From NCBI RefSeq assembly GCF_018350175.1, contig NC_058368.1:158102001-158166000 (forward strand): DNA of 64,000 nt, in the 5' to 3' direction. The notes under the pieces are model-generated. The model saw only the letters and a program-made list of their open reading frames with translations. It made no database searches and was not told the origin of the DNA. The translations under genes and the position numbers were made by a program. Positions 1 through 13,530 of the stretch are shown here, in pieces; the first letter of the stretch is position 1; each line of letters starts with the position of its first letter. The DNA comes from Felis catus (lineage: Eukaryota).

Positions 1-182
1 TTTCATCTCCTCATTTGGCAGTGGTAGGGGCTCTCTCCAGTTGCTAATCCACAGGTTTCCTCGCTGAATCCCATTGACTTTCCAGATCTTTCATCATCTG
101 TATAATAAATTCCTGTATAAAATGCCCTCTTTTTGAAATATGTAGAGTGCTTTCTGTTTTCTGAGTGGATCTTAAATGATAT
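1..182 (+). mobile_element. 3' end of an old ERVL-class LTR (LTR16/LTR33-like), truncated by window edge
   Basis: AATAAA followed by 'gtgctttctgttttctgagtggatcttaaatgata', resembling the U5 ends of old ERVL LTRs; subfamily uncertain. Confidence 0.45.
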
Positions 183-189
183 AGCCACT

Positions 190-1560
190 CAACTTTGCAG
201 GAGGGAGACAATCTTTGCTTCTCTCAGATAAACACACTGTCCAACTGCTGTATCACCCTTCAGAATACATGGAGATAGCAGAAAGAAAGCGCTAAAAGCC
301 TTTCAATATCCCAGTCAGGCCACCAGATCCTGGGTGTTTATGGCTCCTGATAACCAGATTTCAACCTTCCCTGAGTTTTCAGAACCAATTTAAGAAATAA
401 AACTGAAAAGCATCTCATCTGCTCTTTGCTGGCCAGGGCTTAGCATATGCCCTTGGCAATCACATCTCTGTCAAAGACTTGCCTTGGAGTGAGCCAACAA
501 TCTAATGTGCATCCTTCTCAGCTTTTGCCACATTGACTAAGTGGAGGATGGGACCCTCTGATCTCACCACAATCTTCCCATTTTCTGCTCTTTGAGATAA
601 TCCATCCCTAGAGCATTTCCTAAATGTGTTCAGTCAACAGTTCAAAATCTTTCTCTGGCACTTGATCTACAGTGTCCACAAACATCATCAGCTTGTGCTC
701 TCTGGGACCTGATACTCTGGAACACAAGCTTTATTGCTTTCCTACCACTCATACCAGGATCCTGGAATGTGTATGCTGGAGGTGGTAGGTCAGGTTTGCT
801 GGCGATGGGTTCTTTCACCAATTCTAGCATTTCACTTGTAAACTTTCTATCCTGCAAAGAACTAATTCACCCTTCTTTAAATTCTGCATTGTATAACATA
901 GGGGTCCATACCACTCATTCTTCTATCTTCTGTAGGAAATCTGTAGAATCATACTTATAAGCCTTCACATTATAGCTCCAGATTTTTATTGAGACATTAT
1001 CTGTAATCTTGTCTTGTAGCCCCATGCTACAAATTTCAGTGCTTGATCACACCCACCCCTTGTTGTTCCTCTTCATGAGAGGATTTGCCAAGTACACCGA
1101 CAGCTCAGACTGGGTCTGCATATAATTTGTCTTGAGTAGTATAGTGGTCTGAGCTTATTTCATTTAGATGGCCAGTTCCTATATTGTAGTATAACAATGC
1201 CACCCCCTCCCATATCTGTAAGATGTAACCCATCACAAGAATGAATCCAATTTTATTCATAGGTGATCACAAACATACAAAGGGTTCAGAGGATGGTCCA
1301 AATATTCATTTATTCTTGTCATGGAGGTTACCTTTCAGACCATACAGAATTGACCAGCCATTTAGAGTGGAAAGTTCTTTTTCCTTTTGCACTCTCTGTC
1401 CTGTCCTCGGGATATCTTTGTTGCCCCTTGTGATCAGGACAGCAAGATCTGTCCCTGTTTCTAGCCCAAGAAAACAAAGATAGATCCTTAAATTCTTCAG
1501 CGTGTAGCACCTAGATAAGGCAAACAAAACTCTGTTTGCTAATATCAATCACTTCTCGTA
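190..1560 (-). mobile_element. Degenerate Ty3/Gypsy internal (pol) relic: aspartic protease and N-terminal RT (MamGyp-int-like)
   Basis: Manual minus-strand translation gives LETGTDLAVLI (from 1464, cf. LDTG protease motif), VPEKDFELLTEHI*EML*GWIISKSR (661-584), LPR..AL..., FSVL (409-398) and LKSGY-Q (from 364), in Gypsy order, with stops and frameshifts. Confidence 0.7.
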
Positions 1561-1946
1561 ACATAATTTTAGTGTCTTTATGCTCTAGAAGACATCCCCT
1601 CCCCTTCAAGGGCAAGAATGGGTGACAGAAAATATCATCGTGGTACAGAAAAGAATAATCAATGGGCTAATTTTATAATAATGAAGAAAAATCAGTAAAG
1701 TTAATTTTGAAAAAGTTTTAGGGAAAATTGAATCAGAATAAGCTGAGATGAGTAAGTCCAAAGGACTTCTAAGAAAGATCTTTATAATTAGGGGTCTTTT
1801 TTTTTGTAATCATTCTCTATATAATCATTGTCCCATATATAATATTCTTCAAGATAAACAAAGATAAACCTGCAATATACACCCAAGCCTATCAATGATG
1901 AGACTGTGCTAGTGAGAAATGGTTCACATAAGAGTCCTCACCTGCA

Positions 1947-2156
1947 GGGGCACCTGGTTGGCATAGTCAATTAAGCATCTGAATCTTGATTTCAGCCCAG
2001 GTTGTGATCTCATGGTTCATGAGATTGAGCCCAGCATTGGGCTCTGTGCTGACAGCATGGAGGCTGCTTTGGATTCTCTCTCTCCCTCTCTCTCTGCCCC
2101 TCACCTGCTCATGCTCTCTCTCTCAGAAATAAATACATCAACATTAAAAAAAAAAG
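1947..2156 (+). mobile_element. CanSINE (SINEC_Fc-like)
   Basis: GGGGCACCTGG tRNA-like head, (CT)n tract, AATAAA and poly-A tail. Confidence 0.95.
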
Positions 2157-3009
2157 TCATCAAGTTGCAAAAGAATTATCTATGAAGAAAGAAACCTCTC
2201 CTAACATGGTGAATGTGCATTTTAGAGGGAAAAGTAATCTTGTACATATTCTTTCTGCAAAAGCAATTATATTTCTTCACACAGAAATTGTTGCAAAGGG
2301 CATGCAAGTGCTATGAAATGGAAATACCAATACATTACTTTTGTTCAAAACATCCCTGCCTAGCACCCCAATCTCCCACATTCCTGAATAACATGATGAA
2401 ATCTTCCAGTTATGCAAAAATTAAAAATGAGATTTGTTCTGAATAATTCTTTATATTTTTGGCATGTTGTTTGTTCTCTTGCTATGAAGCAAAGAAATAT
2501 GTTGGCCTGGCATATTTTATTATCTTTTCTTAGGCAGGATGGGGAAAATGTATAAATCTGCACACCCACAAATTTCATATTGAGGGTTAGAGGTATTTTG
2601 CAATAGTAGGACAGTGGCCCCTAAACAACACAGTTGCTTTGAAAAATAAATGTAACTCACTTTTGCTTACTTTCCAAAACAGATTTCCTTATTTGGTGAA
2701 AATGTTATGCGGGAAAAACCCACAAAAGAAGAATACGTATGACTTAAGTCATTGGGCTAGAGTTTATGACTTGACCAGCTGCTTGGCTATCACATCTAAG
2801 CATACTCAGCTCTAACAAAAATGTGCTTTTACTTCCCATATGCATTTATAAGTGGGAAATGAAGCATGGTATACAATCCTCATGGTGAACTTGGATGCTC
2901 CTGGGGAAAACAACAAGCTCTGCTTTGTAGAACCATAAAACATCCAATCTGGAAGTTACCACAACAGTGCATCTTTCCAGTCCCTCAATAACACGAAGAA
3001 AATTAGGGC

Positions 3010-3089
3010 ACCAGAGGCTGTCCTGACTTTAGCACTGAGAGTCCCATGTGCCAGGAAACCCCTCAGTTCTGAGATGGTTGGTCATCCTA
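3010..3089. mobile_element. MER94-like hAT fragment
   Basis: 'tgtcctgactttagcactgagagtcccatgtgccaggaaacccctcagt...ttggtcatccta' matches recalled MER94. Confidence 0.55.
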
Positions 3090-3825
3090 ATATTAGGACT
3101 AGATTTCAGGTCTTCTGATTATCGACTCAGTGATGTTTGTATCACACATCTTTTTATTTACTGATATTCTAGTTGATCTACCATTAAGGACAATCTGCAA
3201 ATAAGTTTACGTGCTAATTTTGCATTCCTTATATATTTAAGGACTGAGATAAAAATTTTGGTTTTGGTTTCCCCATACAGCTTTTAAAGGATTATTCCCA
3301 TATGAAACATGCCCTAAATATTATTTCACTTCCTTCTCTCTCCTCTCTTTTTATTCCTAGAAAGATGTAGATTTATGTTGTTATGCATGGCTTAAGCTGA
3401 TAAATCAAATCAGTAGACATTTCAAGTAAACAAACAAAATGAATTTGAGAGGTTATAAGTGTTTGCAAGTGTCACCGTGGAGACCAGAGAATGGATTGTC
3501 ACCATGGAGACTTGCATAAACACTGCCTGTAATGATTTCCATGGGGAATGAGATATAGAAGAGATTTGGGAAGGAGGATATATAAATGGAGCTGGCAGTA
3601 AGTACAGCCAGAATGAGTTGTGTAAGAAGCCTGGGGGATGTTAAAGTAAGTTGACAGTTTGAAATGTTTCTACGCTCACCACTGCTCCACCAGTGAACAA
3701 GAAAAAAACTTGAGGGAAGATCCCCAAATCTTAAAGAATTGGAGGTGATTTCCATCCATTCCTCCACTCCTTTGTTCACACTGGTTATCACTGTCATTAT
3801 AACTAGTTCTGTACTGTGATGTGAT

Positions 3826-4050
3826 AATAATGACAGCTAGTCTTTATTAAGTCTTACCACATTGGTGGGACTGCAATAAGCCTTTTATGGTTATTATCAC
3901 ATTGAATTTGAACATTTATAAGGAAATGAAAATATTATTCTCATTTTACCAATGAGGAAACTGACACACAGAGAAGGTCATACAGTTAAAAAATGGGGTA
4001 GAAAGGATTCATATGAGGCAGTCTGGTAACAGAGCCTATATTCCTAGTAC
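3826..4050 (-). mobile_element. MIR SINE
   Basis: MIR core 'attattctcattttaccaatgaggaaactgacacacagaga'. Confidence 0.75.
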
Positions 4051-4447
4051 TTGTCTGATGAGAAGATAATGTCCTTGTCTATGAGACACTTTAAATCTAA
4101 ATAAGGAAGTAAACATAGTAATAAAGAATGTCACTAGGGCAATAATATGGATTTCCAGTACTTATACACATTTTAGTAATTATTTAATTACAGGGTAATG
4201 TCCACATTAGTAGTAGTAGTCCACAGTAGTAACATAAATCTTACTACTTTTCCTTTTTTTTACTCTGCAGTTATTATGTCACTGGGTTCTTAGTTGCAAA
4301 AACATAATCCACATTAGCTAGCTAAAAGAGAAAAAGGATATATTAAAGTGTATCCATTTACTCATGGGATATCTGGGAGGGTCAGAGAGTCATATTGAAA
4401 GCTATAGCACCCAAATTATTCCATCTTCCTATTTCAGGGTTACTAGG

Positions 4448-5492
4448 GTTTTGTTTTGTTTTTTTTTACTTTTGTTTTAAGTTTTTATTTAAATCCCCAT
4501 TAATTAACATACAATGTAATATTGGTTTCAGATGTACAATATAGTGATTGAATACTTCCGTACATCACCCTGTGCTCGTTATGACAAGCGCACTCCTTGA
4601 TCCCCATTATCCCACCCACCTCCCCTCTGGTAACCCATCAATTTGCTCTCTGTAGTTAAGAGTCTGTTTCTTGGTTTGCCCTTTTCTCTCTTTTTTTCCC
4701 CTTTGCTCATTTGTTTAGTTTTTAAAATTCCATATATGAGTGAAATCATATGGTATTTGCCTTTTAAGACTGACTTATTTCACTTAGCATAATACTCTCT
4801 AGCTCCATCCACATCATTGCAGATGGCAAGATTTCATTCTTTTTATGGCTGAATAGAATTCCATTGTATATACATACATGTATACCACATCTTCATCTAT
4901 TCATCAGTCGATGGACACTTGATCTGTTTCTGTAATTTGGTTATTTTAAATAATGCTGCTATAAACATAGGGGCGCATGTATCCTTTTGAATTAGTATTT
5001 TTGTATTCTTTGGGAAAATATCTAGCAGTGCAATTGCTGGATCATGGGGTGGTTCTATTTTTAACTTTCTAAGGAAACTCCATATGTTTTCCAGAGTGGC
5101 TGCACCCGTTTGCATTCCCACCAACAGTGCAAGAGGGTTTCCCTTTCTCCACACCCTCGCCAACACCTGTTGTTTCTTATGTTGTTGATTTTCACCAATC
5201 TGACAGATGTGAAGTGATCTCTCATTGTAGTTTTTATTTGTATTTCTCTGATGGTGAATGATCTTGAGCATCTTTTCAGGTGTCTGTTGGCCAACTGTAG
5301 GTCTTCTTTGGAAAAATGTCTATTCACACCTTCTGCCCATTTTTAATTGCATTATTTGTCTTGGGGGTGTTGGGTTTTATAAGTTCTTTATATATTTTGG
5401 ATACTAACCCTTTATCAGATATGTCATTTCAAATATCTTCTCCCATTCTGTAGGTTGCCTTATAGTTTTGTAGTTTCCTTTGCTATGCACAG
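4448..5492 (-). mobile_element. 5'-truncated carnivore L1 (L1_Carn-like): ORF2 C-terminus, 3'UTR and poly-A
   Basis: ORFs 5061-5327 ([21 protein letters not shown]...[17 protein letters not shown]) and 4897-5271 (HDPAIALLDIFPK...CAPMFIAALF) are frameshifted L1 ORF2p C-terminal segments; T-rich tail at ~4450-4490. Confidence 0.95.
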
Positions 5493-6989
5493 TATTATTA
5501 GGCAGTTAAATCAAATTTACCTTAAAATGTTCATTTAAGCTTGCAGGTGGATTGACTCAAGGGTTGCACTCAGTTGGATTAACACTGGCTCATCTCTATA
5601 AGCTCTAATTCTTCACAGAACACCTGTGGGCATCATTCCATGGCCAAGGCATTCTAACAGTTACAAAGCTTTGGAACAGGAATTTCTAGTGATCCCAGGA
5701 AGCTTTGTGTTGGGCCAATCTGAGAAAGATTTTGAGGTTTGCCTGATAGCAAGGATCAACAGAATTCATTGTAATCTTAAAGGATAGCTATGTCAATAAT
5801 CTTGGATAAAGTCCTTTGACTCAAATCTTGTGAAAGATTTATTTACAAATTATTGATACACACCATGAGAATTAGCCTTTATTTTTCACAGATAAGTACT
5901 CAGCAGAGAGCAAAATATATAGGACCTTTTCCTGAGAGGAAGCAAAGGACAATGAAAAGCGCAATGAATTTGGACTAAGAGCAAAGTTGTTGTGATTATG
6001 AAATTTAAACATATGGGGTAGTTCCTGGCACCAAGAAGATGTGCTATAACTAGTAGCTCACTTCCTCCAACACATCTAACCCAATGGTTCCTGCAAACAT
6101 GAACAAATTATGGGCTAGGCTTGTGTAAGTCAGATTAGAAGTAGGTAATTTGTTTTTAACCCTTTGTATGTTGTCTGTCAGTTATGTAAAGAAACCATTT
6201 CTCTTTTCTCATTGATTCAAAGTTTATAGTCAAATATGTGACCCAACTCTATGTAGCAAATACATAGGATTTCATAGCATGAGTTTTGATACACTATACA
6301 CCACACTTCATCTTGCTTTTTAATCGTTATTTTCTCTTCTTCTCTTTTTAAAACTATTTGTATCTTATCTCACTATACTATATGCATCTTTTTGTACTCA
6401 AATCCATTTTTGGAAAAAAAAGTGTTAAAACCACTTTGCCACTCCGATATACCCCAGTCATTCTTACATGGCTCCAGAAGGCCCTTCTGGTGCCCTTCTT
6501 TGAAGGCTCTGTCCTTGTAGCCCCTCAAAACCATTCTCACTTGGCCCACATTTTAGACTGGCTGTGGAATCTTTTCTTCACTGTCATCCATCTGCTTTTA
6601 TCTCTCAGAGATTTCGAATGATTTCTAGTCCCTTAGAATATCCCATTCTATTTCCCAGCACTGATTTGGATTTATTTTACTTTCTGTTTTTTCTGCTATT
6701 TCTAGAGGTTAGAAAGGGAAGATGCAGCATGTGCTCAGTGTGCTGTCTTCCCATGTTGGCCCCTATTCTCTTCTTCATTCCAAATCTGCATTGCCAATAC
6801 TCCTCTGAACATGCACACTCAGATGCGCTACAGGAGGCTCTACTCACAATGTCTGAAATAAACACTTTACCTCAACCAGCTTCTGTGCATGTGAGTGCAT
6901 GCTGGCACACACTATGTACACATGCATGCCTATGTGTGCGTTCCCTGAATAACTGAGAAAGAAAATGCATTGTATCCTTGCTCTACTCC

Positions 6990-8415
6990 CTCTCTCATCC
7001 TTATTACACAATAAATGTCCAAACCTCTAGTTACTCCACATCGTGAATACGCATATCCATACATTCCTTGACATCTTTTTATTGCTGTAGCATGATAAAA
7101 TCTGGTTTTATTCCTTCAGTCCATTCTCCAAACTGTATCCAAAATGAGATACCTAAAGGGCATCACCTTTCTAAAAATCCTTCTGGCTTCTAGTGCCTGA
7201 CAGGATAAATCTCAACCCTTTATACAGTACCTCCTTTAGCATAGTACCACACAGTACCTCATTTGCCTCTGTACTCACTGCTCCTCAATATTAAAAGTTC
7301 ATACTCAGCTACACATCTTCTGTTCTTTCGTACCTCCATATTTTTGTGTGTATTGTTCATTCTACTTAGAACACTCTTCCTCACCTCAGCTCATCCTTCC
7401 TTCCTGCCTTCTTTCATTCTTCAAAAAATATCTTGTGATGCACATATGTGTAAAGGCACTGTTCCAGACACTGAACAAATTAGTCTTTGCCATTGCTTTT
7501 AAAATGTATTTAATTTAACAAACACTTCTATAACACTGTGTGCCAGGATCACTTCAAAAAGTCTGTGAGATTCCTTTCTAGTAGGAGACACACATCCAGA
7601 TGACTTCTTCAAGATTCAACTTCCATCCTCTTGGACCTTCTTCTGAATCACCCAGGCTGAGCTCAGCCCAGTAAGTTCAGCATGGACAATTGCCCAAGCA
7701 TGTTTCTGTGGTTGCTTCTGCTATGGGACTGTAAGGTCCCTGAGCGGACCCTTCCGTTTATCCCCTGAACAGTGTTGGGCACCTAATAAAAACTCAGTTA
7801 AGTGTTAATGAAACAAGTGCCAAACTAACCAAATTTGATCTTGTCATTCTGCTCCTTAAAACCCTTTGATGAGTTACCACTACTAAAGGCTTAAGTCCAA
7901 ATTCCTTAGCCTGGCAATGCTTTGCAGGCTGGCCCCAACCTTTCCTTCTGGCCTCAACTTCCCCAGTCCCCAGTTCTTATTGCTCTAGCCACACCAAACT
8001 ATTGCTCATGCTCCCAAAATAATGTTCTCTATAATTTCTCAAGTGCTAATATGAAATTCTCTACCTGACTTGTCAACCTTTCATAAAGTTTCATTTGTTC
8101 TTCATGACCAGCTCAAAGATCACACATCCACATGTGTTACATATTCACCCCTAGGACTTGACACTCCTATATCCACATAGTCACATAGTTTTATTTATCC
8201 CATTGTACTGTAATGATCTATTTATGTATGTCTATCTCCCCCACATACACACACACTTATTCCATGGGCTTTGGGTTCTTCAAGGGCAAGAATTCTATTT
8301 TATTAATTATACTTTATTAATGTTTGAATTCTCTATAAATTCATATGAAACATATCTCAGACCCTAAATATATGGGCTAATTAGGTAATGTTTGATTGAA
8401 GGATTTAATGAATGG
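6990..8415. mobile_element. Cluster of degenerate L2 fragments
   Basis: L2-type text such as 'cattctgctccttaaaaccctttgatgagttacc...aagtccaaattccttagcctggc' and terminal 'gtttgattgaaggatttaatgaatgga'. Confidence 0.6.
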
Positions 8416-9326
8416 ATAGGCTTGTGTATCCTTCACTCCTCTGTGTAGGACAACTGGAGAAGGACCAAACCTCAGCTTATCCAGTGTTTCTGCAGAAGGT
8501 AGAATTCAAGGTCTTATTCTCAAACCAAATTCAAAAGCTTTATATTCAAATGCTTTATTGACTGATCACTTATTCTCTATTTTTCTTAGCTTTCAAATAT
8601 AAAAGATTATTTGTCTTTGGAGTGTTTTGTCCCATTTCTAGAAGAATAGTAAATCAGTACTGTCACCTGCTTACTACTTCTTACACATTCCATATACAAG
8701 ACAATATTAGTTTCTTGAAGGCAAATCTCCCTTATCCAATTTAAAATACCTTTAGGTAGTTGTTGGAAAGGACCATTTTAGCCTGTCTCAAGCCTATATA
8801 TTGGTAAACAGGATGTTTTCAGTGAAAAACAGCCATAGCTGTAAAAAGCCTTTTAAGAAATGTAACCTATGTTTTCCCCAGGCCACATGAACCTCAGGGT
8901 AAAATGGGGTCATATTAATAGTAATAAAAAGTGTTGCTCTGCTTTGACCCCCACTTAGTATTATAGGATCTCCAACTTTTTGCAAAATTTTCTCTTCCAT
9001 CCTTAGATATTTTGAGGGGCCCTAAGAAATATTTCAAATGTTTCAAAACAGTGAGTCCTCTCGGCATCCATGTGGTATCCACCATGCTTCTTCTGGCCTC
9101 TTCTCTCACTTTCTGCAAGTTGCTGCTGCTGCTGTTGCCTGGCTCCTATTGTCCAAGTTGTTAATCAAAGGGCAACTCTGACACCTTCCATGGTTCCCGA
9201 TGCCACTGGCCAATTCCTAACCTGTGGCACTGCCTCCTGCTGCCTTTGAAACCATCCTCCTTTTGTAAGAGTTATTGGTGCCATGCCTTATCTGCTTATG
9301 TACTGCACCATTGCTTCCCCAGGTGC

Positions 9327-9501
9327 TGCTACCACCACCTACCACCACCTACTATCACTTACCACTGCTGGTTACCACCTATCACCTATCACCACCTGCC
9401 ACTGTGTGCCACCACCTACAACCGCCTGCCATCTCCTAGTATCACCACCTATGAGGATCTACCAACACCTGCCACCACCTATCACCACCTCTTGCCACCA
9501 C
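9327..9501. repeat. Degenerate C/A-rich minisatellite (~10-bp ACCACCT(A/G)(C/T)C units)
   Basis: Repeated accacctacc / accacctatc / accacctgcc motifs. Confidence 0.8.
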
Positions 9502-9864
9502 TATTACTGCTTCTTCTTGACACCTGTTGTTGTGTTCTACAGGCCCCAAAGCTGTGTGGAATGGGTTCCCAATCTCACCAATATTTTAAGAGCCATAGTT
9601 CTCTCAGTTTTCACTTTCAGACCCTTCTTACTTTATTACTTGAGTATAAATCCAAACAAGTTATATTTTGCAAGTGAGTTGAGTTTCATATTTTCAGTAT
9701 CCTCATACTTACCCCTCTAATCCAGTGACCATACCCATCTTATGCACGTGACTCATTCTTTGCTTAGGACTGTCTCACTCCCAGAAATTCCATAGCTACT
9801 TATACACATATACATGCTAAGCCAGCCTATGGTTGCATCACAGACACTCAAGCTAGCTTCAATT

Positions 9865-9908
9865 CATACATACATACATACATACATACATACATACATA
9901 CATACATA
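9865..9908. repeat. (CATA)n microsatellite
   Basis: Direct reading. Confidence 0.97.
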
Positions 9909-10139
9909 CTTGTTCTTATTGAAAACATCAGAGAAAACTCAAAACTTATATGTTTTCTCTGGTACTCTGAAGTTTCTCTATTTTTCTCTGGTATTATGAA
10001 ATTGCTGGTGGTGTGGAATTATTCTGAAAAGGTAAAAGCTGGCATTACTTCATTTACCTTGAGGAGTATCCATTGGGATAACTCAAGATAAATTTACGTT
10101 TTTTAAGACATGAAGTTATGTCCTTGTAGAGTGGAAGAA

Positions 10140-10460
10140 GTCCGTAGGTAGACAGTTAAGGGCTAGTGATGAAGCTTTGTAAGGTCACCAGCACCCATCT
10201 TTCAGCTCCTCCATCCTCAATACACACAGCACACCACAGGACCCCAGATTGCTATGGGAGCCTCAGACACTGTGATTGCATTCCAGCCAGACATTTCCAC
10301 TTACCTTCCATGGGCCAGAAGTTGGCCACAATGACACATTTAGCTGCAAAAGAGGCTGGGAAATGTGATCTTTATTATAAGTATCCAGGTCTTCAGCTAA
10401 ATCAGCAGTAGTGTTACCAAGGAAGGAGTCAAGAATATATATTTGGGGATAGCTTGGACT
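10140..10460 (-). mobile_element. MLT1 (MaLR) LTR fragment
   Basis: 'cacttaccttccatgggccagaagttggccacaatgacacatttagctgcaaaagaggctgggaaatgtgatcttt' is typical of MLT1I/J-type antisense. Confidence 0.65.
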
Positions 10461-12999
10461 CTCTGCAAGAAAGATATGGGTTTCTTTTGTCTCCTCTTTT
10501 TGTGGATTTAAAACTGGTACATGGAAATGGAACAGATCATTGAATTTCTTGTGCCACCCACATCAATGTGTGGCACGACCACCTATAGATAACTTAATTC
10601 ATGTTTCATTCTCGTTGTTGTTGATACATTTTCCTTTCCTATCCTGAAAAGTTCGCTCAGTCTTTTGTCTACATGACTAACAGACTCTTGTGTTGTAGAA
10701 CCAAAAGCAGAAGTTTCCAGGTGCCTGGCAGGTAAACTCAGTCTCCATGTGTAAACTCATGGAAACAATGGCAGCAAAGTGTCTGAAAGAGGAACATGGT
10801 TCCAAAGTGTAGGGAAAACAAAATTGGATCAATTTGAGGAGGAGAGAGGCATTAAAATGTCCTTAGAGCTGAAGGGGTCAGTACTTTGGCCATTCCACAG
10901 GGAGTGGGGACTAGTGCCATGCTCATTCATAGCTCTCTGGGACACACATACATCCTACCTTAGATTGACTATGTGTTGTGTCTCAGAAAACCAGATATGG
11001 GTCTTGAAGCACCTCACAACCTTGGAAACGTTCCCTATGCTCACGCTGTGCATTTCCCAGAGAACATGGCCAAGGTGAACCCAATAGTATCCTTCCCCTA
11101 TATTCTGAATTTACAAGTCAACTGAGACCATAATCTAACCCTAGCAAGGTAGAGGCATCTCCCCCAAATGAGATCAAGGATGATTTGCCACCGTCACAAG
11201 TAGAATTAAGCTTGGGGAGATGCTTCTTATTTTCCAACTAGTATTTTTTAAACCTACATATTATTAATATTTATTCCTGCTACAAAATGTAGAGGTGGAA
11301 GTAGAACTCAGCTTTCCTGGGCATTAACCTTGCAGTATTCTTGTGTAGCTTAGCTGTCTCTGAGGGCCAAGTTTAGAAGTAAGTTGGAATGATATTGATC
11401 ACTGAAGAATGATTCATCCTGATTCCTCATCTGGCTTTCTTGGCTCATCAGTGTGCTATGTTGTTCCCACACTAATTTAATCATACATAGTATTTAGGCT
11501 ATAAACTCCTTGGAGGTAAGTACTCAATCTATTCTATGATAGACTACATATATGTTACATTGCCCACACATCCTGTCATTTGATCTACCTTTTGTCAGAT
11601 CACCCTGGCTGTAGAAATAAATGAGCCAAGATTTTTTTATTTGAGCTGTATCGCTCAGAAATCAGACCCATGGAGGGCCCTCCCCTTGACAAAGCTGTGG
11701 GTGGTGCTGGCTGGGGGTACTTTCTACTGGTATTTAACGTGGTTCTTTCCCTGAATCTGGGGCTTGTTACAGATTTATATGCCAGAACCAAGTCTCCAAG
11801 AGAGACTCAAGGTGTTATAACCAGTGCTATTGATGATTTAGTAGGTAACATTCTTTTTTCTGAATTTCCAATGAAACCAGTGGGTTATGAGGAACCATCC
11901 TTCAGCTGAGTCATAAAGACATGCTCCTGCCCTCTTGCAGTTAAAAATTCATGAAGCATTTCAAAAGGCTGTTTAGAATCAAGCTTAGTTACATTCTTTC
12001 CCTTCCATTTCTTGTTATCTATATGATTAAATGCCTTTTTTGAGGTCTTCATTTCTGCCAATGAATTATAATTTGATGTCTCTGCTTGCTTAATCAAGAA
12101 CAAACATTGGGCCTGGGTACCACTTGGTTAAGCTAAGGAAAAATATAAGCATTACAGGGAACCAAGTGGTAAAACAAAATATAATGTCAGTTAGTTTTAC
12201 TATGTTTTGCTATAAAAGTTGGCAAGCATTGAAAATTTGCATGCCAGGGTTGTCTCCCAAAGGTAGATAAACATAACTGTTAACATGAGGCTGATGACAT
12301 TTGTCAGCTACTGTGTTTAATTCCCTATAGTAGTTCTCTCAACCAGAGGTAATTTTGGTTCCAGGGTAAAGAGGGAGAAAGTGGTAAGTGATTCCCCCTG
12401 ACCATGAAAACTGTGTGTCATAATTGGTTCACAAGCCATAGACTGCTGGTGTCTGCATTAGTACTTCATAACTGGGCTTCAAGTAGTTAAGTTCCGCAAC
12501 TGCAGTATTCTCCAAAATGCCATTGCTTTTGCTACTAGAAATTTGAAAAAATCTATTAAAATATTTCCCTGTTCTATGTTATTGGATATAAGACAGGGAC
12601 TTCACTTTGTCAGGATTGTTGATATCACATAACTTTCTTCCTTCTTGCAATAAAAAATTCATGAGGCATTTTCAAAGGCTCTTGAGACACCACACTAGAT
12701 CTCAAGTTTCTTAGCTCTTTGACCCTGATCACAGAGGGTCTAACCTGTGAGGAATCCTATGGATATTCTAACCTTGTCCCTGCTCCCTATTATCATGGAA
12801 AAGTGCAGTAAATCCCTTTGGTCTGTTTTGTGTGGAGTGCTGACTCCTCCCTCCATAGCAGGCTCACAGGTGATAAAAGGCCAATGTCAGGACCTTTCAG
12901 AAAACCTAGAATTATCATTCACAATGATAATAATAGTAATAGCAATGATGGTGATGATGATGATGCCAGTTCCTTTCTGAAACCTCTATCATGAAAGCA

Positions 13000-13270
13000 A
13001 GGAAGCTTCTTTTCCTAGAAGTTCCAGTGATCATCTCAAATCTCACTGGATTGAATTAGATCACAAACCTACCTTGGAACCAGAAACCATGGCCAGGAGG
13101 TGGGGCAATGCTGATTAGTTTAGGCCTGAGCCAGGAGCCCTACATCTAGAGCCAGAGGGATATTGATCCAGAGGTGTGTAGAGCTTCACCCAAAATACAT
13201 GGGGCTTGCAGGAGTGGACATACAAACCCAAACAAGATGAGGTAGTTTCTGAGAGAAGGGGATGAACTAT
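13000..13270 (-). mobile_element. MLT1 (MaLR) LTR fragment
   Basis: 'tctcactggattgaattagatcaca...ccatggccaggagg...gctgattagtttaggcctgag' MLT1K/L-like. Confidence 0.55.
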
Positions 13271-13299
13271 TGATTTAGCTGCAATGGCCTCAGCAACTA

Positions 13300-13530
13300 A
13301 CAGTAATCATTTACTGAGCACTCATTTCATATCATTATAATTCTAAGAACATTTTCATTTAATCCTTAAAAAAATCCACAGAGAGAAGTTCCAATTTTAT
13401 GCACATTTTCAGATGAGAAAATGGAAACTCACAGAGGCTAAGTGACTTGTTAAAGTCACATAGCCAGGAAGTGGCAGAGGTGGTATTTGAATCTAGGTGG
13501 TCGGACTTCAAAGCTCAAACTGGTTCATTC
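13300..13530 (-). mobile_element. MIR SINE
   Basis: 'cattttcagatgagaaaatggaaactcacagaggctaagtgacttgttaaagtcacatagccaggaagtggcagag'. Confidence 0.85.

Noticed and set aside
4897..5327. ORFs with recognisable protein similarity
   Set aside because: Frameshifted C-terminal fragments of L1 ORF2p in a truncated copy, not a host gene
9246..9720. Two overlapping 143/145-aa ORFs, the longest in the window
   Set aside because: Open only because the C/A-rich minisatellite lacks stop codons; low-complexity His/Pro/Thr products with no recognisable domain
10551..10577. Small imperfect hairpin gtgccacccacat-ca-atgtgtggcac
   Set aside because: Too short for a pre-miRNA and expected occasionally by chance
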